The notes under the pieces: model-generated
What the model saw: the letters and a program-made list of their open reading frames with translations, nothing else
What the model was told of the DNA's origin: nothing
Database searches by the model: none
Position numbers and translations under genes: made by a program
DNA from: an uncultured virus (IMG/VR IMGVR_UViG_3300028422_001054)
Lineage: Duplodnaviria > Heunggongvirae > Uroviricota > Caudoviricetes
Strand: one strand, 5' to 3'
Length of the DNA: 64,000 bases
IMG/VR virus record: IMGVR_UViG_3300028422_001054
Part shown: positions 38,093 to 48,441 of the stretch, one piece after another
Layout: each line of letters opens with the position of its first letter
Numbering within the stretch: the first letter of the stretch is position 1

Positions 38093-38791
38093 TTACGCAT
38101 CTGGAAGGTATTTGTACCTATAAATCTGGTTATTAGCAATTGACTTAGCATAAAGTACTGTTACTAAAGGCATTTCTTCCAGAGGTTTATATGGTCCTGC
38201 ATTGTATGCCATAGCTGCTCTTTCAACATCTCCGAACTTCCTAAGCAATGTACTAAAGTAAGCTACCCCTATTTGAATATTTATAAAAGGGTCTCTTGCA
38301 TCAAAGTACTGCCTAGAATACCCTAATTCTTTTAATAAGTCTACATCGAAATAAGTAGTTTTAAAGAAATAGAAATATCTACTACTTAATTGCATATAAC
38401 CAATGTCTACATAACCTCTACCATAGTATCTGTCTGGTGAGAAATCATTAAATCCTTTGGCAGTACCCCATCCTGATTCTAAAGCAATCAAGCTAACTAC
38501 ATCTAAAAGAGGTACTTCATAATGTTTACAGATCGCTCTGGTAAAGTCTCGCAATTCTAAAGATACCTTGAACTCATCGAAGAAAGAATCTTCTAAAGAA
38601 AGATACTTGAGTTGAGGTAAATCCTCTTTAAAAGTGATCTTAGATTCTTCTAGAATAAATATATCTTCTGTTGAAACGGGATTCTGATTGAAAGTGTTTA
38701 ATAAATCATACTTTAAGTTTCTACTACTCGAGCTCAGTAAAATAACTGAAATGGCTCCTAGAGTAATTTTTGAATTAATCTTGAAAATAAT
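38093..38791 (-). CDS. lytic transglycosylase (SLT domain), probably ATT-initiated
   Basis: LES, GYMQL, AYNAG motifs; frame open to ATT at 38791 with AAGGAG 7 nt upstream. Confidence 0.8.
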   Translation of the reverse strand: MIFKINSKITLGAISVILLSSSSRNLKYDLLNTFNQNPVSTEDIFILEESKITFKEDLPQLKYLSLEDSFFDEFKVSLELRDFTRAICKHYEVPLLDVVSLIALESGWGTAKGFNDFSPDRYYGRGYVDIGYMQLSSRYFYFFKTTYFDVDLLKELGYSRQYFDARDPFINIQIGVAYFSTLLRKFGDVERAAMAYNAGPYKPLEEMPLVTVLYAKSIANNQIYRYKYLPDA

Positions 38792-39425
38792 ACTTTAACT
38801 CCTTATTACTAGCGATTAAATTAAAAGCTCTTTTACGAATGGCATCCATCTGGTTCCAAACCTGTGCTCGACTAACTCCAGTACTACGCCCTATTTCATC
38901 GTAAGTATAACCTTCTAAAACTTTAGATAAAATAGTTGATTGCTTCTGTGTAATAATACCATTAAGAAGATTATAAAGATTAGTTTCCATATATTTCTTT
39001 TCATTATGTAGAATCTCTTCAACATGAGACATATAATGGCTGGGGATTTCACAAGCGGTATATTCAGATTCAGAATATACCTCTCTAGAGAAAAGTTCTT
39101 TGGTATGAGTAACTCTTTTAGCTCCTCGAGTTTTATTAAAAGACTCAGGACAATGATTGTAGGAAGTAAGTTCTTCCATCTTATAGGCAGATAAATGAAA
39201 AGAATAGCTGTACTCGTAAGACTTGTGACGTATATATCGTCGTAGAGCCTCATACAACGATCTTTTGCTGGAAGTAGTACCTTCTATATACTTATGCTCT
39301 GAAATCAGTTCTATGAGCTTATTTACCCCATCCTGAAAGAGATCTTCTCGTACATCAGGGGATATAGTCTTGTACCTAGATAAAATCTTATAGATATAAG
39401 GTACATATTTATCAAAAAGTGTCAT
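38775..39425 (-). CDS. sigma70-family RNA polymerase sigma factor
   Basis: region 2-like REDLFQDG and region 4 HTH EGYTYDEIGRSTGVSRAQV. Confidence 0.75.
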   Translation of the reverse strand: MTLFDKYVPYIYKILSRYKTISPDVREDLFQDGVNKLIELISEHKYIEGTTSSKRSLYEALRRYIRHKSYEYSYSFHLSAYKMEELTSYNHCPESFNKTRGAKRVTHTKELFSREVYSESEYTACEIPSHYMSHVEEILHNEKKYMETNLYNLLNGIITQKQSTILSKVLEGYTYDEIGRSTGVSRAQVWNQMDAIRKRAFNLIASNKELKYYFQD

Positions 39426-39485
39426 GAAGGAATACTACTAAAAGTAGATATTAAAGTCAATTGAAATTTAAAAAGACCTAATTTC

Positions 39486-39803
39486 TTAGGTCTTGTACAC
39501 ATTACTATCAAACGGAATCTTTTTAAACTCGCTAGACGCTATCATCATTTTTAGCGTATAAACGGTTATAAACTCATCTCGCTGATTATCATATAATAGA
39601 AAAAGGTCTTTATCTTGGTACTTTAAATACCACCAACTTTTTAGATTAGACTCTTTTCTAACAAACTGTCCTTTTAACTTGAACTCTTCAAGAAGATCTC
39701 GTAAGCCAAATCTATTTAACCGGATATTAAATCTCGCATTCAATCTCTTTTTAAAATGCTTACGAAGATCATAGAGCTTACTTTTAGAGTAGCCCTGTTT
39801 CAT
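39486..39803 (-). CDS. basic hypothetical protein
   Basis: HFKKRLNARF...FITVY pattern. Confidence 0.7.
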   Translation of the reverse strand: MKQGYSKSKLYDLRKHFKKRLNARFNIRLNRFGLRDLLEEFKLKGQFVRKESNLKSWWYLKYQDKDLFLLYDNQRDEFITVYTLKMMIASSEFKKIPFDSNVYKT

Positions 39804-39805
39804 TT

Positions 39806-40210
39806 TTAGAAGGTTCCGTTTTTAAGTTTTTCTAAGGATACTCCTGATAAATAACTTGGGATAGGACGCCCATTAGGTAAGGTCTTCACTTCTGGAAGAG
39901 GTTTTTTCTCTCGTCCAGGCTTCCCTGAAAATCTAGTGACTCGTTTCGGTTCTTTATCTAAAGAAACTTTCTTCTCGTCCAACGGTTTTGGAGCTTCTAC
40001 CTTTTCTGATTCAGGAGCTTCTTCTTTAGTAGAAGGTTGCTCTTGATTATCAGGTTCTACAGTAGATTGTTCAGGAACTTCTTTCTTGTCTGGTTTTGGA
40101 GCTTCTACCTTGTCTGGTGCAGGAGCGTCTTTCTTGTCTTTTGATACTTGAGGTTTATCAATTATTTCTTCTTTAGTATCCGCAGGTTTTGTAGTTTTTT
40201 CTTTAGCCAT
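39806..40210 (-). CDS. low-complexity Lys/Glu/Pro-rich protein
   Basis: repeated KVEAPKP; likely disordered. Confidence 0.75.
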   Translation of the reverse strand: MAKEKTTKPADTKEEIIDKPQVSKDKKDAPAPDKVEAPKPDKKEVPEQSTVEPDNQEQPSTKEEAPESEKVEAPKPLDEKKVSLDKEPKRVTRFSGKPGREKKPLPEVKTLPNGRPIPSYLSGVSLEKLKNGTF

Positions 40211-40220
40211 ATTTCCTCTC

Positions 40221-40502
40221 TTATTTTTTAATACTATCTAAAATAGATATAACTTGTTTCTCTTTTGCTAGGACTACTTTTGTAGAAGTACCTATCAATT
40301 CTATAATTTTCCTAAAAGCAACATGGATAAAATCATCTCTTGTCACATAGGGAAACTCTCCGGAAAAAGTTTCTTGTTTAGAAAGTCTATCAACAATTAA
40401 AGTTGCATAAACTTTTCGTCCAATTTTCGCTTTATCAATTAATATCATATTAGGGTTAACTGTTATAGTAAACTCCTTATATGTGAATATTGCGTCTGCC
40501 AT
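40221..40502 (-). CDS. hypothetical protein
   Basis: AAGGAG RBS. Confidence 0.7.
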   Translation of the reverse strand: MADAIFTYKEFTITVNPNMILIDKAKIGRKVYATLIVDRLSKQETFSGEFPYVTRDDFIHVAFRKIIELIGTSTKVVLAKEKQVISILDSIKK

Positions 40503-40547
40503 TATTTACTCCTTACGATTATAGTTAAGGATAAAGTTAAGCTAAAC

Positions 40548-41318
40548 CTAGGGAATCTCAGGGGCAGGCAAATCGAATAAGTTTTGAAGTCTTAATAAAA
40601 TTGCAGCCATAGATGCTACAGTTGCTGGGGAAGCAGCTTGAGCTGCCGCAGATCCTGTAGTCGTTAATCCTTGAATATCTTTTACAATTTGTGAGAGTAT
40701 ATCTGCTAAACTCTCCACAGTATTACTTAGTGTTACTAAACCCGTAGGAGATAGTATAAATTCAGAAGAAGAGTTTTCCATACTAACCTCCCCGTCGGAA
40801 CCAAGTACTAAACTTCCTTTAGCGTTTGTAATTTTTACTTCTTTCTCAACTGTAGAAACTTCAATTTCCCCAGTACCTTTAAAATATACATAAGTTTTAG
40901 CATCTTTTAATAGAACACTATCACCGTTAGCTTTGTTACGGAACTCAATATCACCATTATCGTAAAGTTTAATAAATATAGAAGCTTTATCAAAATCCGA
41001 TAAACCCGATACATTTGAAAGCTTATCTGTTAAAACATTAAGGTTAAAAGCTTCCGGTAAACTAAAGAAAGGAATGTAATAACATGGGTCAAACCTACCA
41101 TCGTCCTCATATAAAAGCCAAACCTTATCCCCTGGAACACAGGAGTCATAGGTTATATTAGTATCAGAAACATATCCCCCATGAAAAGGAATCGCAAAAG
41201 GTAGCATATCTTCAGATACATCAAAATGCTCTGTTATAGCTCTAATTTTTAACCGCCCCCAAGCTTCAGGGTCTTCTGCCGAAACTATAGTAGCAACAGT
41301 TATCTTTAAATCAATCAT
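40548..41318 (-). CDS. baseplate spike protein (gpV/gp5 OB-fold type)
   Basis: DPEAWGRLKIR N-terminal motif, GDKVW, beta-rich middle; position. Confidence 0.75.
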   Translation of the reverse strand: MIDLKITVATIVSAEDPEAWGRLKIRAITEHFDVSEDMLPFAIPFHGGYVSDTNITYDSCVPGDKVWLLYEDDGRFDPCYYIPFFSLPEAFNLNVLTDKLSNVSGLSDFDKASIFIKLYDNGDIEFRNKANGDSVLLKDAKTYVYFKGTGEIEVSTVEKEVKITNAKGSLVLGSDGEVSMENSSSEFILSPTGLVTLSNTVESLADILSQIVKDIQGLTTTGSAAAQAASPATVASMAAILLRLQNLFDLPAPEIP

Positions 41319-42547
41319 TCATATCTTCCTAAGTATTCTAAAAGTCCATAGCTATCAGATAGAGAAGGTTCAAAAGAATCACTAGATATCACTAGAGTAG
41401 TTGTAACCATAGGATTTTCTTGTAAGCCAAGATGTCTATGATTAACACTATCTACTATCCAAACTCTTGAGGGAGTTTTAGACTCTGGAGATGTTTTTCC
41501 TGAAATCATAGGTGATAAAGACCCGTCCATCTTATAAGATTTCGATTGTAAAATAATCCTATGACCTACCTCAATATCTGTATTTAGATTGATAGTTAGA
41601 ACAAGTCGTTGCATTGCACAAAGTACTTTTTGAGAGTTAATTTGACTACCTTTTAAAATATATTCTTCAGCAGAATTCTTAGGAGCTTTTATTTTCTCTC
41701 TATTAGTTCCATAAGAAGATTTAAACATAGAGAGATGTCTTCTCGAAGGAGAAGGATTGTTATTTAAACATGTTCTTGAAAAATTAACAGGCTCCCCTGT
41801 TTTTAAATCAATTCTAGTATCAGATTTACTAAAGCTATCTCTTGATTGTTCCATTCTAGGAGTAAGTACCTCCAAGTTTATCACATGATTAAATAATGAT
41901 TTCTGTTTGTGTATGTTCTCAAGGAACAAAGTATGCAAAGGACTTTGTTCTAAAAGCTCTTTTCTATGTTTAATATTCAACTTATTATCAAATCCAACCC
42001 AAACATAATAAGGAGTATCATTAGATACCCTGGAATATAGTTTGGATTTTAAGTCTTGTTCAATAAAATCTAAAGAAGATTTTCCTGCTTGATAAAAAGT
42101 TAAAATACCGTCAGAAGGAAGCCCTACATTAGTAGCTGTAAACAAACCTTTAGAAACTTCTTGAATTATGTTACTGACAGCCCCTCGATAGGCTTTAGAA
42201 GAAGGCTCTTGTTTAACAAAAGCTGGATGTACTAAATCTATATCAAAAGTTCCTCTTATCACTCCGGAGCCATCATAGGAATTCATTGTTATCAATCCTG
42301 CAATAGCATCCAAACTAGCCGTATTCTTACAAGGTTCATTTTTAAAAGAACTTTTTACGCTTATTCCCTGAGTAAACTGTAACTTTTCATAAACTACTCC
42401 GGTAACATCTTTAAAAGAAACACTTCCATAAGGTAATAAGTTATAAATACTGTTACTTATTGACATATTAAAAGATGTGGCACCTTCAGATGAAAACTGA
42501 TTAGTTCCTGCCATACTTAGATTTAAATCATACGTTCTATACTTCAC
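41315..42547 (-). CDS. putative baseplate hub protein
   Basis: size, position before spike, WIVDSVNH motif. Confidence 0.55.
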   Translation of the reverse strand: MKYRTYDLNLSMAGTNQFSSEGATSFNMSISNSIYNLLPYGSVSFKDVTGVVYEKLQFTQGISVKSSFKNEPCKNTASLDAIAGLITMNSYDGSGVIRGTFDIDLVHPAFVKQEPSSKAYRGAVSNIIQEVSKGLFTATNVGLPSDGILTFYQAGKSSLDFIEQDLKSKLYSRVSNDTPYYVWVGFDNKLNIKHRKELLEQSPLHTLFLENIHKQKSLFNHVINLEVLTPRMEQSRDSFSKSDTRIDLKTGEPVNFSRTCLNNNPSPSRRHLSMFKSSYGTNREKIKAPKNSAEEYILKGSQINSQKVLCAMQRLVLTINLNTDIEVGHRIILQSKSYKMDGSLSPMISGKTSPESKTPSRVWIVDSVNHRHLGLQENPMVTTTLVISSDSFEPSLSDSYGLLEYLGRYE

Positions 42548-42550
42548 AAG

Positions 42551-42862
42551 TTATCCTTTAATCGAGTTTAACTGAAAAAACTCATCCATATCAGAAGCCT
42601 CGTATAATCTTATAACTGTACCTACTTTCACCGCATGAATATCTATAATATTATTTATGAGTAGAATAAACGACTCATAATAGGTTGTACCATAAGTATT
42701 ATATATAAAAATATCAAAACGTCGAATATCCCTAGACGTTAAAGCATACTCACTTATAGTTTTTTTAGGATTAAATGTATTCCGATTAAATGAGTAAGGG
42801 TTAAAATAAGCTAATCCTTCTTTATTTAGTACCTCGGAGGCATCCAACATATTATATAACAT
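42551..42862 (-). CDS. putative baseplate wedge / LysM-like (gp53/tail X-like) protein
   Basis: RFD...YG......ILLINNI.D...VGTVIRL pattern. Confidence 0.6.
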   Translation of the reverse strand: MLYNMLDASEVLNKEGLAYFNPYSFNRNTFNPKKTISEYALTSRDIRRFDIFIYNTYGTTYYESFILLINNIIDIHAVKVGTVIRLYEASDMDEFFQLNSIKG

Positions 42863-42870
42863 TTTAACTC

Positions 42871-43707
42871 CTACCTAGTAATCTGTTGTCTAATTTCATT
42901 GACCTTATTAGGGCCACCTGTAAAAGCTATTTTTGCATTAGAAAAATCATCTATCATTTGTTTTGTACAGGCTGTTGTAGTCTGAATATCTAATCTAACT
43001 TTAGACCAAATAGGCATACCATACTGATCCGAATCCCCACTAATAATAGGTTCCGCTCTAGTAACAATTACATCATCTAAATACAAGAACTTCCCTATGG
43101 ATATCTTATAAGTTTCAAAAGTGGTTTTTTCTCTAATAGACGATGTAACCTCATTTATAGTTTTCAAATCGTATTCCTGCTCCTCTAAATAAGTTTTTAC
43201 AGTATTCGCAAAAGTAAAAGATGCTGATGGTCCAGGAGGTAACAACAGACCATCTATTTCATTTGGAACTACTAACTTCATAAGTTCTTTAGTAGGGTTC
43301 ATTACTTGTTTCTCTGCGTTAAAGTCCATATAGAGAGCTACCGTGATAGAGAAGGATAAAGGACTGGTATTTTCCCAAATCTGAAGACTTTGAGAAGCAA
43401 ACTTTCCTTCTAGAGTCGTACCTGAGAAAGCTGTTCTAATAATATCTTTATTAATACCTGTTAGCTTATTAAGAGCTCCGGAAATAATACCTTGGGAAGG
43501 ATTCATTAAAGAAGAGAACGTTGAGCTAACGTTCAAAACTAAATCTTCACCAAGAATAATCACATCCTCTGGAAGAACTAAAGCTGACTTCGAGATATCT
43601 CCGTCAGGTACTTTCCAAAGTTTAACTTGTTTACCTAAAGGTACTTTAGGTCTATTTACTTGAGCATACACACTTGGTGCTGTAGCTATATTTCGTATAA
43701 AATCCAT
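42871..43707 (-). CDS. putative tail tube initiator / baseplate protein
   Basis: directly after tape measure; W....P..FS and PPGP motifs. Confidence 0.5.
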   Translation of the reverse strand: MDFIRNIATAPSVYAQVNRPKVPLGKQVKLWKVPDGDISKSALVLPEDVIILGEDLVLNVSSTFSSLMNPSQGIISGALNKLTGINKDIIRTAFSGTTLEGKFASQSLQIWENTSPLSFSITVALYMDFNAEKQVMNPTKELMKLVVPNEIDGLLLPPGPSASFTFANTVKTYLEEQEYDLKTINEVTSSIREKTTFETYKISIGKFLYLDDVIVTRAEPIISGDSDQYGMPIWSKVRLDIQTTTACTKQMIDDFSNAKIAFTGGPNKVNEIRQQITR

Positions 43708-43728
43708 TTAAAATCTCCTTACCTAGAG

Positions 43729-46503
43729 TTATTGAGGAATATGAGCATTCCGAACAGCCTCTGAATAGTTTGCTCCTTGAAAGTTGTTGATAGTCTGAAT
43801 TACATTAACATCCTTAGCTGATTGCGAATCATCTCTTCCGGGAAGGGTCCCTGAGCTTTTAGAATCCATTACCTTTTTAGCATAATCAGCCAACTTTCTC
43901 GATGTATCATAATCATCAGGATTCGCATATTGTATAGCAGTATTAAAACTCTCTCTATTTACATTTGCATATCTTCCTTGGAAAATGGCATAAGCCTGAT
44001 CTGCAAGATTCCAAAAAGCAGTGTTGTTAAGATCTTGTAGCTGTGAAGAAAGCATAGTCTGCTCACGAATAACGGGGTCAGGTGTTTTCTTACTGTTCGG
44101 GATAAACATATCTATCACAGCTTTTGTTTTTTCTCTGAAAGATAGGTTCTCATCTAAAGACCCAACCTTCTCAGAATACTCATCCCACGTTAACTCTGGA
44201 AGATTTTTATTACGGTCTGATTGTCGTCTATACTCCAAAAAGCTTTCCATATTTGAAGCTATGTTAGAGTCCTCACTATCAAAGGCTTGTAAGAATCGGG
44301 CCTTTTCATCCTTATCCACTATATCTAAGCTTGAAGCTAATGTTTGACCCATAAAACCTTTATTGAACTCTTTAAAAGAATTCATTGTTGTTTCAAAAAA
44401 AGTTTTTATAGTATCTAATGTAAAATTACCTGTGGAGATATCATCAATTACATCAATAAGAGGTCCGAACAATTTATCTAAAACAGTTCTTGTAGCACGA
44501 TTTATAGAACCAATTAAATTTCCAAATAAAGCTCCTATTTTATAATCAATAGATTCTTCCGATTTTAAGATGTCTCCAAAATCTAAAGTCTCTACGAAAG
44601 CAACTCCTCCAGCAGTCACGGATTCAAATACGGTTTTAATAATGGAGTACCCTGCATCTCCTAAAATAGCGAAAAGACTAGTATCACCTTCCCCTGATGT
44701 CATTTGGCCCCAAACTGTACTCAAGCCCTCTTGCAAATTATCGAAAGATTTAGCAAAGTACTCACCTCCGAAGTATCCTACAACCGACCCGAAAGCAGCT
44801 CCTATAAGAGCACCTGCTATAGTACCTACTCCTGGAGCAATTTTAGACCCAAGCCCTGCTCCGGTCAAAGCCCATTTAACAGCTTGACTAGACGATCCTT
44901 CAGAAGACCCGAACTCTCCTGTACCGGCTAAAGCACCTCCTACAGCAGCACTTATAGAGGAGGTACCCCATTCACCACTTTTGAAGAAACCCATAACGCC
45001 ATCATAGACTGTCCAAATAACCCCTGCAACAAGAGTTTTAGCACTTACCTTCTTAAGCAATCCTGTAACCGCACCTGTTTTACCAAGAAGACCTTGTTTA
45101 CCAAGAAGACTTTTTAGCACTCCAGCACCTACAAGACCTGATAACACGCTTCCTTTAGAATCAGGAGATTTCTTACCTTCTGAAGATTTAATACCGTTAT
45201 TAAACAAGTCATATAACATGGTAAATCCAGCACCTATTAGACCCATACCTGAAACAGTATCTCTACTAGGAGTCACTCTTCCATTGTATAAGACATCTAT
45301 TGAGGTTTGCAGAGGAATATCATCTGTTAAGCCCCCTATTCTAGGAGCAGTAGCAATATCAACATCAAGATCTTTCATGAAGTTCCCTAGATAAGAGCTA
45401 TCAAACAAAGTCTTATCAGGAGTATAAAAATCCCCTGTATCAAAAAAATCATTCATCTTAGGTATAGAAGGGTCTTCATAAAGCTTTTTTCTAATAAGAG
45501 TAACTTCATCAAGAAGACTATTAGACACTGATGAGCTATCTTCTTCTGTAGGGAAGATAAGGTCATCTGGCTGTTTAAGATTAGCAACGTAATCCTCTGG
45601 AAAATTAGCTCGTAGTACCTCCTCTTTGATATAATCGAAAAGAGAATCTGTAGAAGTAACAGTCATTTCTAATTCTTCTTCAACAATAGGAGGAAGATCT
45701 TTTAATTTTCGAGATTTTGTAGGATTCTTCAAGATATCTATTAAATCACGTAAAGGAACTGTAACAGAGTTAAAGATATCTTGAAGCTCTTTAGATGGAA
45801 ACTCTCCCGAAGACTTTAACTGGCGTGTAAGATCTTTCGTTACACTTTTTAGCATATTTACTAGAGACCCTGTATCATCATCTTTTCGATAAGATGAAAT
45901 TAAAAGTTCAGAGTTTAGGTTGTCTAAAGAGGCTATAATTTTATTAAAACTTGGGTCTTTAGAAAGGTTAAGATTCCAAAGACTTGGAATCTCTGCATTT
46001 ATAAAATCAAAAGCTTCAGAAGCCGAAGATGCTAAATTTTGTATAGCATCTACAGATTGACTTAAATGCTCTTTAACTTCATATTTCTTGTATACAGGGT
46101 CTTCTACAACACCATTAATCTTTTGAAGTTCTTTAAGAATATTATCCAGATAGATAAGGGATTCAACATTATCCTTAGCAAGCTGTTCAGAGGAAGCTTC
46201 TAACATATCCTTTGTACTTGACAATATGGCTTTATTGCTTTCCAGAACATCTTGAACGGCACTGATATTAGAAGCAACCAAATCCTGATATTCTATACTC
46301 TCTACTATATTTTTGTTAATAGTATTAGTAGTTAAACCTACGGAAGCTACTTTTAAATTAAGGGTTTGGAGGGTTTTAATAATACGTTCATCATCTCTTT
46401 TTAAAGACTTTCTAAAAAGATCAAGGACTTCCTTTGGAAAAGCCCCTGATGGTTGTTTATCTGGTGTATTTATTAAGGGCTTTCCCTTGGATTCATCACT
46501 CAT
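43729..46503 (-). CDS. putative tape measure protein
   Basis: 924 aa, helical, Gly/Ala-rich hydrophobic middle; follows chaperone genes. Confidence 0.7.
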   Translation of the reverse strand: MSDESKGKPLINTPDKQPSGAFPKEVLDLFRKSLKRDDERIIKTLQTLNLKVASVGLTTNTINKNIVESIEYQDLVASNISAVQDVLESNKAILSSTKDMLEASSEQLAKDNVESLIYLDNILKELQKINGVVEDPVYKKYEVKEHLSQSVDAIQNLASSASEAFDFINAEIPSLWNLNLSKDPSFNKIIASLDNLNSELLISSYRKDDDTGSLVNMLKSVTKDLTRQLKSSGEFPSKELQDIFNSVTVPLRDLIDILKNPTKSRKLKDLPPIVEEELEMTVTSTDSLFDYIKEEVLRANFPEDYVANLKQPDDLIFPTEEDSSSVSNSLLDEVTLIRKKLYEDPSIPKMNDFFDTGDFYTPDKTLFDSSYLGNFMKDLDVDIATAPRIGGLTDDIPLQTSIDVLYNGRVTPSRDTVSGMGLIGAGFTMLYDLFNNGIKSSEGKKSPDSKGSVLSGLVGAGVLKSLLGKQGLLGKTGAVTGLLKKVSAKTLVAGVIWTVYDGVMGFFKSGEWGTSSISAAVGGALAGTGEFGSSEGSSSQAVKWALTGAGLGSKIAPGVGTIAGALIGAAFGSVVGYFGGEYFAKSFDNLQEGLSTVWGQMTSGEGDTSLFAILGDAGYSIIKTVFESVTAGGVAFVETLDFGDILKSEESIDYKIGALFGNLIGSINRATRTVLDKLFGPLIDVIDDISTGNFTLDTIKTFFETTMNSFKEFNKGFMGQTLASSLDIVDKDEKARFLQAFDSEDSNIASNMESFLEYRRQSDRNKNLPELTWDEYSEKVGSLDENLSFREKTKAVIDMFIPNSKKTPDPVIREQTMLSSQLQDLNNTAFWNLADQAYAIFQGRYANVNRESFNTAIQYANPDDYDTSRKLADYAKKVMDSKSSGTLPGRDDSQSAKDVNVIQTINNFQGANYSEAVRNAHIPQ

Positions 46504-46522
46504 ACTAATATAGTTATTATCC

Positions 46523-46730
46523 TTATTTAACTAAAGGACATTTGTGTGAGTTTTTCAATTGCTCTAACTCATAGTTTAGACCATCTTTAAAATACTGCTG
46601 TGCTTTGTAAAATTGAAGGTTGTCAATCTCCTCGTCCGACCAATGATACAGCCTAGCTAAATTCGAACGATAGTCCCTTAAGGTCTTTGGAAGTAGTTGC
46701 CTTCGGGATAAGATAAGAGTCTCGAAAAGA
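46523..46730 (-). CDS. putative frameshift extension of the tail assembly chaperone
   Basis: LARLYHWSDEEIDNL resembles P2 gpE'/T4 gp51-type segments; overlaps upstream gene in the +1 frame. Confidence 0.5.
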
Positions 46731-47663
46731 TATCCCCCTTTCAACTTTTTTTCCAAATAGAACTTCACCATCTTTGTAAAGTTCTACAAGTGCTGTTGAA
46801 GGCAATCCAAACTCAATTTTATCAAGATGCTCAGTCACTAAAGACCAAATCCTGAAAGGAACTTCTACAGCTAGTTTTGCTTCAATATCTTCATCTTCAA
46901 AAGTTTGCTTAGACTCTCCTTGCTGAATACATACAAGCTGACAATTCCTTAACATCTCTAACCGAGCTAGTTCACGTTCTCTGTAATAGGACTCATAGGC
47001 TTCATACTCTAGAGGGTCTATATTATCCAAAAGCTTTGTTGTATCCGCTTGATAATTTTTAGCTATCATTTTAAGCTTTGAAAAACGTTGCTCTTGTTCT
47101 TCATAAATGCTGTCCAGATACTTATCTACAACTAATACATCTTTAACTTTAGATAGTCTAAAAGAATATTTTAAAGGGACATCATCATCTGTAGAAATTG
47201 TAAAAATACCATTCTTTATAGATTTAGGTAATCGAGTTATCTTCAAAGAGTCAATATCGACATCAACATCTAATAAGTTTTCAGATAAGTAAAGCTTATC
47301 TTGCGGTAACTCAGGATCAATAAATACTTTAACATCTCTTATGACTGGACCGTAAAACGCCCGTAACAACATTAACCTTGTATAAGTTAATTCTACAGGA
47401 TGCATATTAGAACAATCAAAATCTTCGTATACTAAATCATTAAGTATACTAACAACTGTTTGAAACTTATCTTTTTTTGAAGATAGGTTACTGATATCTT
47501 TAATCCTGTAATCTTTAAAATGTAAAAATTTAGGGGTGAACAACCTACCCTCACTTGGATACGTTATCTTAACATATCCAGGAGGTACTAAGGTTTTTGT
47601 ATCGGATAAAGCAATCGCTTCTTGTAGCTTATCTTTATTTATAGATCTTATGGATTCTGACAT
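46653..47663 (-). CDS. putative tail assembly chaperone / baseplate hub assembly protein
   Basis: YPSEG and LLRAFYG motifs; between tube genes and tape measure. Confidence 0.6.
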   Translation of the reverse strand: MSESIRSINKDKLQEAIALSDTKTLVPPGYVKITYPSEGRLFTPKFLHFKDYRIKDISNLSSKKDKFQTVVSILNDLVYEDFDCSNMHPVELTYTRLMLLRAFYGPVIRDVKVFIDPELPQDKLYLSENLLDVDVDIDSLKITRLPKSIKNGIFTISTDDDVPLKYSFRLSKVKDVLVVDKYLDSIYEEQEQRFSKLKMIAKNYQADTTKLLDNIDPLEYEAYESYYRERELARLEMLRNCQLVCIQQGESKQTFEDEDIEAKLAVEVPFRIWSLVTEHLDKIEFGLPSTALVELYKDGEVLFGKKVERGISFRDSYLIPKATTSKDLKGLSFEFS

Positions 47664-47686
47664 TAAAAATCTCCTTAAAGAGATAG

Positions 47687-48439
47687 TTAACTTATTGTAT
47701 TTATTAAACTAGCTATGGTTCCATAACTGGCAAAAGCAGCCGAAAACGTAGGGTTTAGTGATAATCCTACAGGTAGAATACTCTCTACTGCAAAAGTTAA
47801 AGTATACATTAGACAGTCTTCCCCATCGTAAACTACAGTTATAGGTTCAACACCTAAGTATTTAAGATTCGACATTTTGAGAGTAAGCCCTGTAACACCT
47901 AAAAGAGGAATTGGTTTACCGAATGTTAAAATTCCTTGACGGTAGATATGAGATGAATCATCATGAGATTTGAAAACATTGTTAATAGGATCAAATACCT
48001 GAAACATCCATTCATTAAAGTATCCTAAAGTTCTGAAGAAAATATCCTCTTCGATAACAACATTAACGAGCTCAGGATGATTAAAACCTATAAAAGGATT
48101 TGTGCCCCATCTCGTTTTTTGAGTTTCTAAAGTCAATTGAGGAAACGATACACTTCTAACACGATATTTTAAATCAGGAAGCTCCGAATTACCTGTATCC
48201 ATACCAATAGCATTTAACCCGATGTTTTTAGCACTGTTGAAAAGATTATCAGCCAGATTACGAACTTCGCTATTATTACCGGAGATTAAACTTTTTCTCT
48301 CAATTGTAAATTCCCAATCAGTTTCCTTTTGACGAGGAGCTGCCAAAATAGCAGCCCCATCAATAAGGTTAGAAACAGAGTTTACAGCGTTAGAAATCGA
48401 AGACCCTAGGGTACTAAGGTCTTTTAAAAAATCGGACAA
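47687..48439 (-). CDS. tail tube-like protein
   Basis: VSFP and YFNEW pattern like the neighbouring tube protein. Confidence 0.55.
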   Translation of the reverse strand: MSDFLKDLSTLGSSISNAVNSVSNLIDGAAILAAPRQKETDWEFTIERKSLISGNNSEVRNLADNLFNSAKNIGLNAIGMDTGNSELPDLKYRVRSVSFPQLTLETQKTRWGTNPFIGFNHPELVNVVIEEDIFFRTLGYFNEWMFQVFDPINNVFKSHDDSSHIYRQGILTFGKPIPLLGVTGLTLKMSNLKYLGVEPITVVYDGEDCLMYTLTFAVESILPVGLSLNPTFSAAFASYGTIASLINTIS

Positions 48440-48441
48440 AT

